From: Dehalococcoidia bacterium
Lineage (GTDB): Bacteria; Chloroflexota; Dehalococcoidia; DSTF01; JACRBR01
Assembly (NCBI GenBank): GCA_021731085.1
Contig: JAKFYB010000013.1
Coordinates: forward strand, 88,125-152,124
Reading direction: 5' to 3'
DNA: 64,000 bases
Shown: positions 62,278 to 64,000 of the stretch, piece by piece
How the letters are laid out: each line of letters opens with the position of its first letter
Numbering within the stretch: position 1 is the first letter of the stretch
The notes under the pieces: model-generated
Told to the model about the DNA's origin: nothing
Databases searched by the model: none
Seen by the model: the letters and a program-made list of their open reading frames with translations, nothing else
Made by a program: the position numbers and the translations under genes

Positions 62278-62564
62278 GGGAAGCCTCGATCCGGCCCGCG
62301 CTTCCGCGCACGCGCCTGCGCCGACTTGAGCGCCAAACGCGCATAGAACGCCTTGCGCGCCGAGGCGGCACGCTGCGCCCGCTCCGCGGGAGGCAGCGTG
62401 CCATCCGGATCGACCTCGCGTTCGAAGCGTGAGTCTGCGGCGGCGCGTGCGGCAGCGGTTGCGGCTGAGCGGTCAGAAGTGAACGCCCACTTTGTGTGCG
62501 CGGCTAGACGAGCTTGGAGGGATCGAAGGTTTGGGGACGCGGACGACACACAGCACCTGTGCAT
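62274..62564 (-). CDS. small basic protein of a type I recall from actinobacterial integrative elements
   Basis: RLAAH..WA.T.DR...T..AR...RFEREVDPDG.L...ER..RA..ARKAFY.RLALKS. Confidence 0.7.
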   Translation of the reverse strand: MHRCCVSSASPNLRSLQARLAAHTKWAFTSDRSAATAAARAAADSRFEREVDPDGTLPPAERAQRAASARKAFYARLALKSAQARARKRGPDRGFP

Positions 62565-62655
62565 TCGTCCGCAGTGATGGTTCAGCGGTAAGGTGGACGC
62601 CGTCGCTTAGTTACCTAATCCGATCGTCGTGACGCACACCCTATTCGTTTCGGGT

Positions 62656-62684
62656 ACGCTACCACATCGAACATAGGTTCGCAA
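62656..62684 (-). promoter_or_regulatory. sigma70 promoter of the rep operon overlapped by a perfect LexA box
   Basis: TTGCGA-N17-TAGCGT with TG extension; CGAAC-ATAG-GTTCG at 62668-62681. Confidence 0.8.
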
Positions 62685-62709
62685 ATGGCAATTTGGAGCA
62701 AACAAGAAA

Positions 62710-63804
62710 ATGAAATGGAAATTCTGGGAAAGGGAGCCGGTCCCGAGTCCTCTTGTATCTGCTGAGAATATCGACCTACGGGATCTAATCTACTTCGACG
62801 TAGAGCGCGTGGCGTCTATTTACAGTCAGCTACGCGGCGGCCTTGTCAGGGAAATACAGGACGCTGTCGAATCCACGGGAGAACTTCGCGGTAGCCTGAC
62901 GGTTGATGCCAAGCTTCTCAAGACGGAACACGGCTCAACCGTAGCCGAAAGAGTGTCCCGCCTTGAATCCAAAGTGTTTCATCATGACCTTCTCGTCCGC
63001 GTTGAAGACGACCTTTCCGCCCGCGGGTTATTGCTCGACCTGCATGAATCGATGGTCCCTGACAACGCAGATCAGGCGCGACACAGGATTACCGCCAGGC
63101 CATATGTCAGATCGGAGGGGCTGGTTGTCATTGATGACTACTCTGGTCTCCAGTCGATCGCGCGAAACTTCAATTCTCTCGCAGCATTCATTCAACGCTG
63201 CGGCCTCAGCAACTTCGAGCAGTCGGATGCGTATCGAGAACTGACGGAAATCGTCAGTTCTCTTGAGCGCAACGCATCGACCGCAAAGGGACCCGAGCGA
63301 CAACAAGCGAGGGATGAGCTCCGAGCGAACCAGGAAGCACTAGCCGCGCTTCGGCAGGCGGCTGCACCACTCAACACAGTCGATCAGTGGCTAATTGATG
63401 GCATCATCGCTTGGATCGATGCGTTTCTCACCGATCACATCGCACTCCGCGTCTTTCCCTTTGAAGAGCTACCAGAATTTTCTATCTTCGCAAAGCTCAA
63501 GCGTGACTGTTTCACTGATGACGGACTATCGAGCGCACGATATGCCTACGGCTCGCGCCCAAACGTTAAGTTGACCGTCCTCGGATTGGTCACCTCGCTA
63601 CCGCCCGTGGCGCCGATGGATCGAGATCCCCGCTCGACCGCTCCGACTAGCGACGTACTCACCGAACAACAGACATTCGGCAAAGCGTTCGAGAGCATAT
63701 TCGATGCACTGGATGGGCTGGAGCAATTTTCCCGCTGGTCAGACCACTATCCAAATGCAGGAATCTATCCACTCGCGGTTTATCGAAGCATTCGTCGTCA
63801 ATAG
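62710..63804 (+). CDS. hypothetical protein, DUF6414-like
   Basis: LRDLIYFDVERVASIYSQLRGG N-terminus, central coiled coil, C-terminal PLAVYR; family recalled from memory. Confidence 0.6.
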   Translation: MKWKFWEREPVPSPLVSAENIDLRDLIYFDVERVASIYSQLRGGLVREIQDAVESTGELRGSLTVDAKLLKTEHGSTVAERVSRLESKVFHHDLLVRVEDDLSARGLLLDLHESMVPDNADQARHRITARPYVRSEGLVVIDDYSGLQSIARNFNSLAAFIQRCGLSNFEQSDAYRELTEIVSSLERNASTAKGPERQQARDELRANQEALAALRQAAAPLNTVDQWLIDGIIAWIDAFLTDHIALRVFPFEELPEFSIFAKLKRDCFTDDGLSSARYAYGSRPNVKLTVLGLVTSLPPVAPMDRDPRSTAPTSDVLTEQQTFGKAFESIFDALDGLEQFSRWSDHYPNAGIYPLAVYRSIRRQ

Positions 63805-63889
63805 CCCGTACTGGTACAGAATCGCAGATAACTTCGGGTTTTTCGCTACATAGCGCAGAAGTGGGAGCACTGCGCTAGCGCTGGAGTAG

Positions 63890-63929
63890 CCCCCAGTCAG
63901 GTGCGCTACCGGGCTGCGCCACACCCCGA
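63890..63929. repeat. att core, right copy (displaced 5' fragment of tRNA-Pro)
   Basis: Identical to 57284-57323; identity ends in the anticodon loop. Confidence 0.95.
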
Positions 63930-63939
63930 ACCGACCACG

Positions 63940-63948
63940 ATCATATCA
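63940..63948 (-). promoter_or_regulatory. probable native tRNA-Pro promoter (extended -10)
   Basis: TGATATGAT 11 nt upstream of the tRNA 5' fragment. Confidence 0.6.
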
Positions 63949-64000
63949 CGGGCCGGGGGTCGGTCGTTAGTCGTTGAGGATTGGGCCCTGAGCCCCTTAG

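Larger units (their letters stand above)
57284..63929. mobile_element. tRNA-Pro-integrated rolling-circle-type integrative element (6606-bp circle if excised)
   Basis: 40-bp perfect direct repeat at both ends; tyrosine integrase; HUH Rep; more AT-rich cargo. Confidence 0.92.

Noticed and set aside
63828..63836. ATAACTTCG matches the start of a loxP arm
   Set aside because: Only 9 bp, with no inverted partner at an 8-bp spacing; treated as coincidence within the arm-like repeat
57284..63929. Filamentous prophage or full AICE interpretation
   Set aside because: No Zot/pI ATPase, small hydrophobic coat proteins, FtsK/TraB or spread genes between the att sites

Overview
High-GC bacterial chromosome segment. 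Gene content (F420-dependent oxidoreductases, DinB/MDMPI proteins, GAAC-N4-GTTC type SOS boxes, a dockerin-tailed surface protein) suggests Chloroflexota, probably Dehalococcoidia-like; this is inference. Positions 1-57 kb are mostly housekeeping and metabolic genes: folP, a yabN/mazG fusion, biotin carboxylase plus carrier, uvrA, MFS transporters, epoxide hydrolases, a 2024-aa 7-GAF sensor kinase with NarL regulators, and ppk1 with a MutT1-like gene. This part also holds a clear NpmA/KamB-like 16S rRNA m1A1408 methyltransferase. The most notable feature is a complete 6.6-kb integrative element (57284-63929) bounded by a 40-bp direct repeat that duplicates the 5' half of tRNA-Pro(GGG). It encodes a tyrosine integrase and a compact RepSA-like HUH rolling-circle Rep operon whose promoter is overlapped by a perfect LexA box. 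It has candidate dso, sso and arm-type sites, and two cargo genes (SIR2-TPR and DUF6414-like). It has no recognisable repressor, conjugation or virion genes. All family calls come from motif recognition by eye; no database searches were run.
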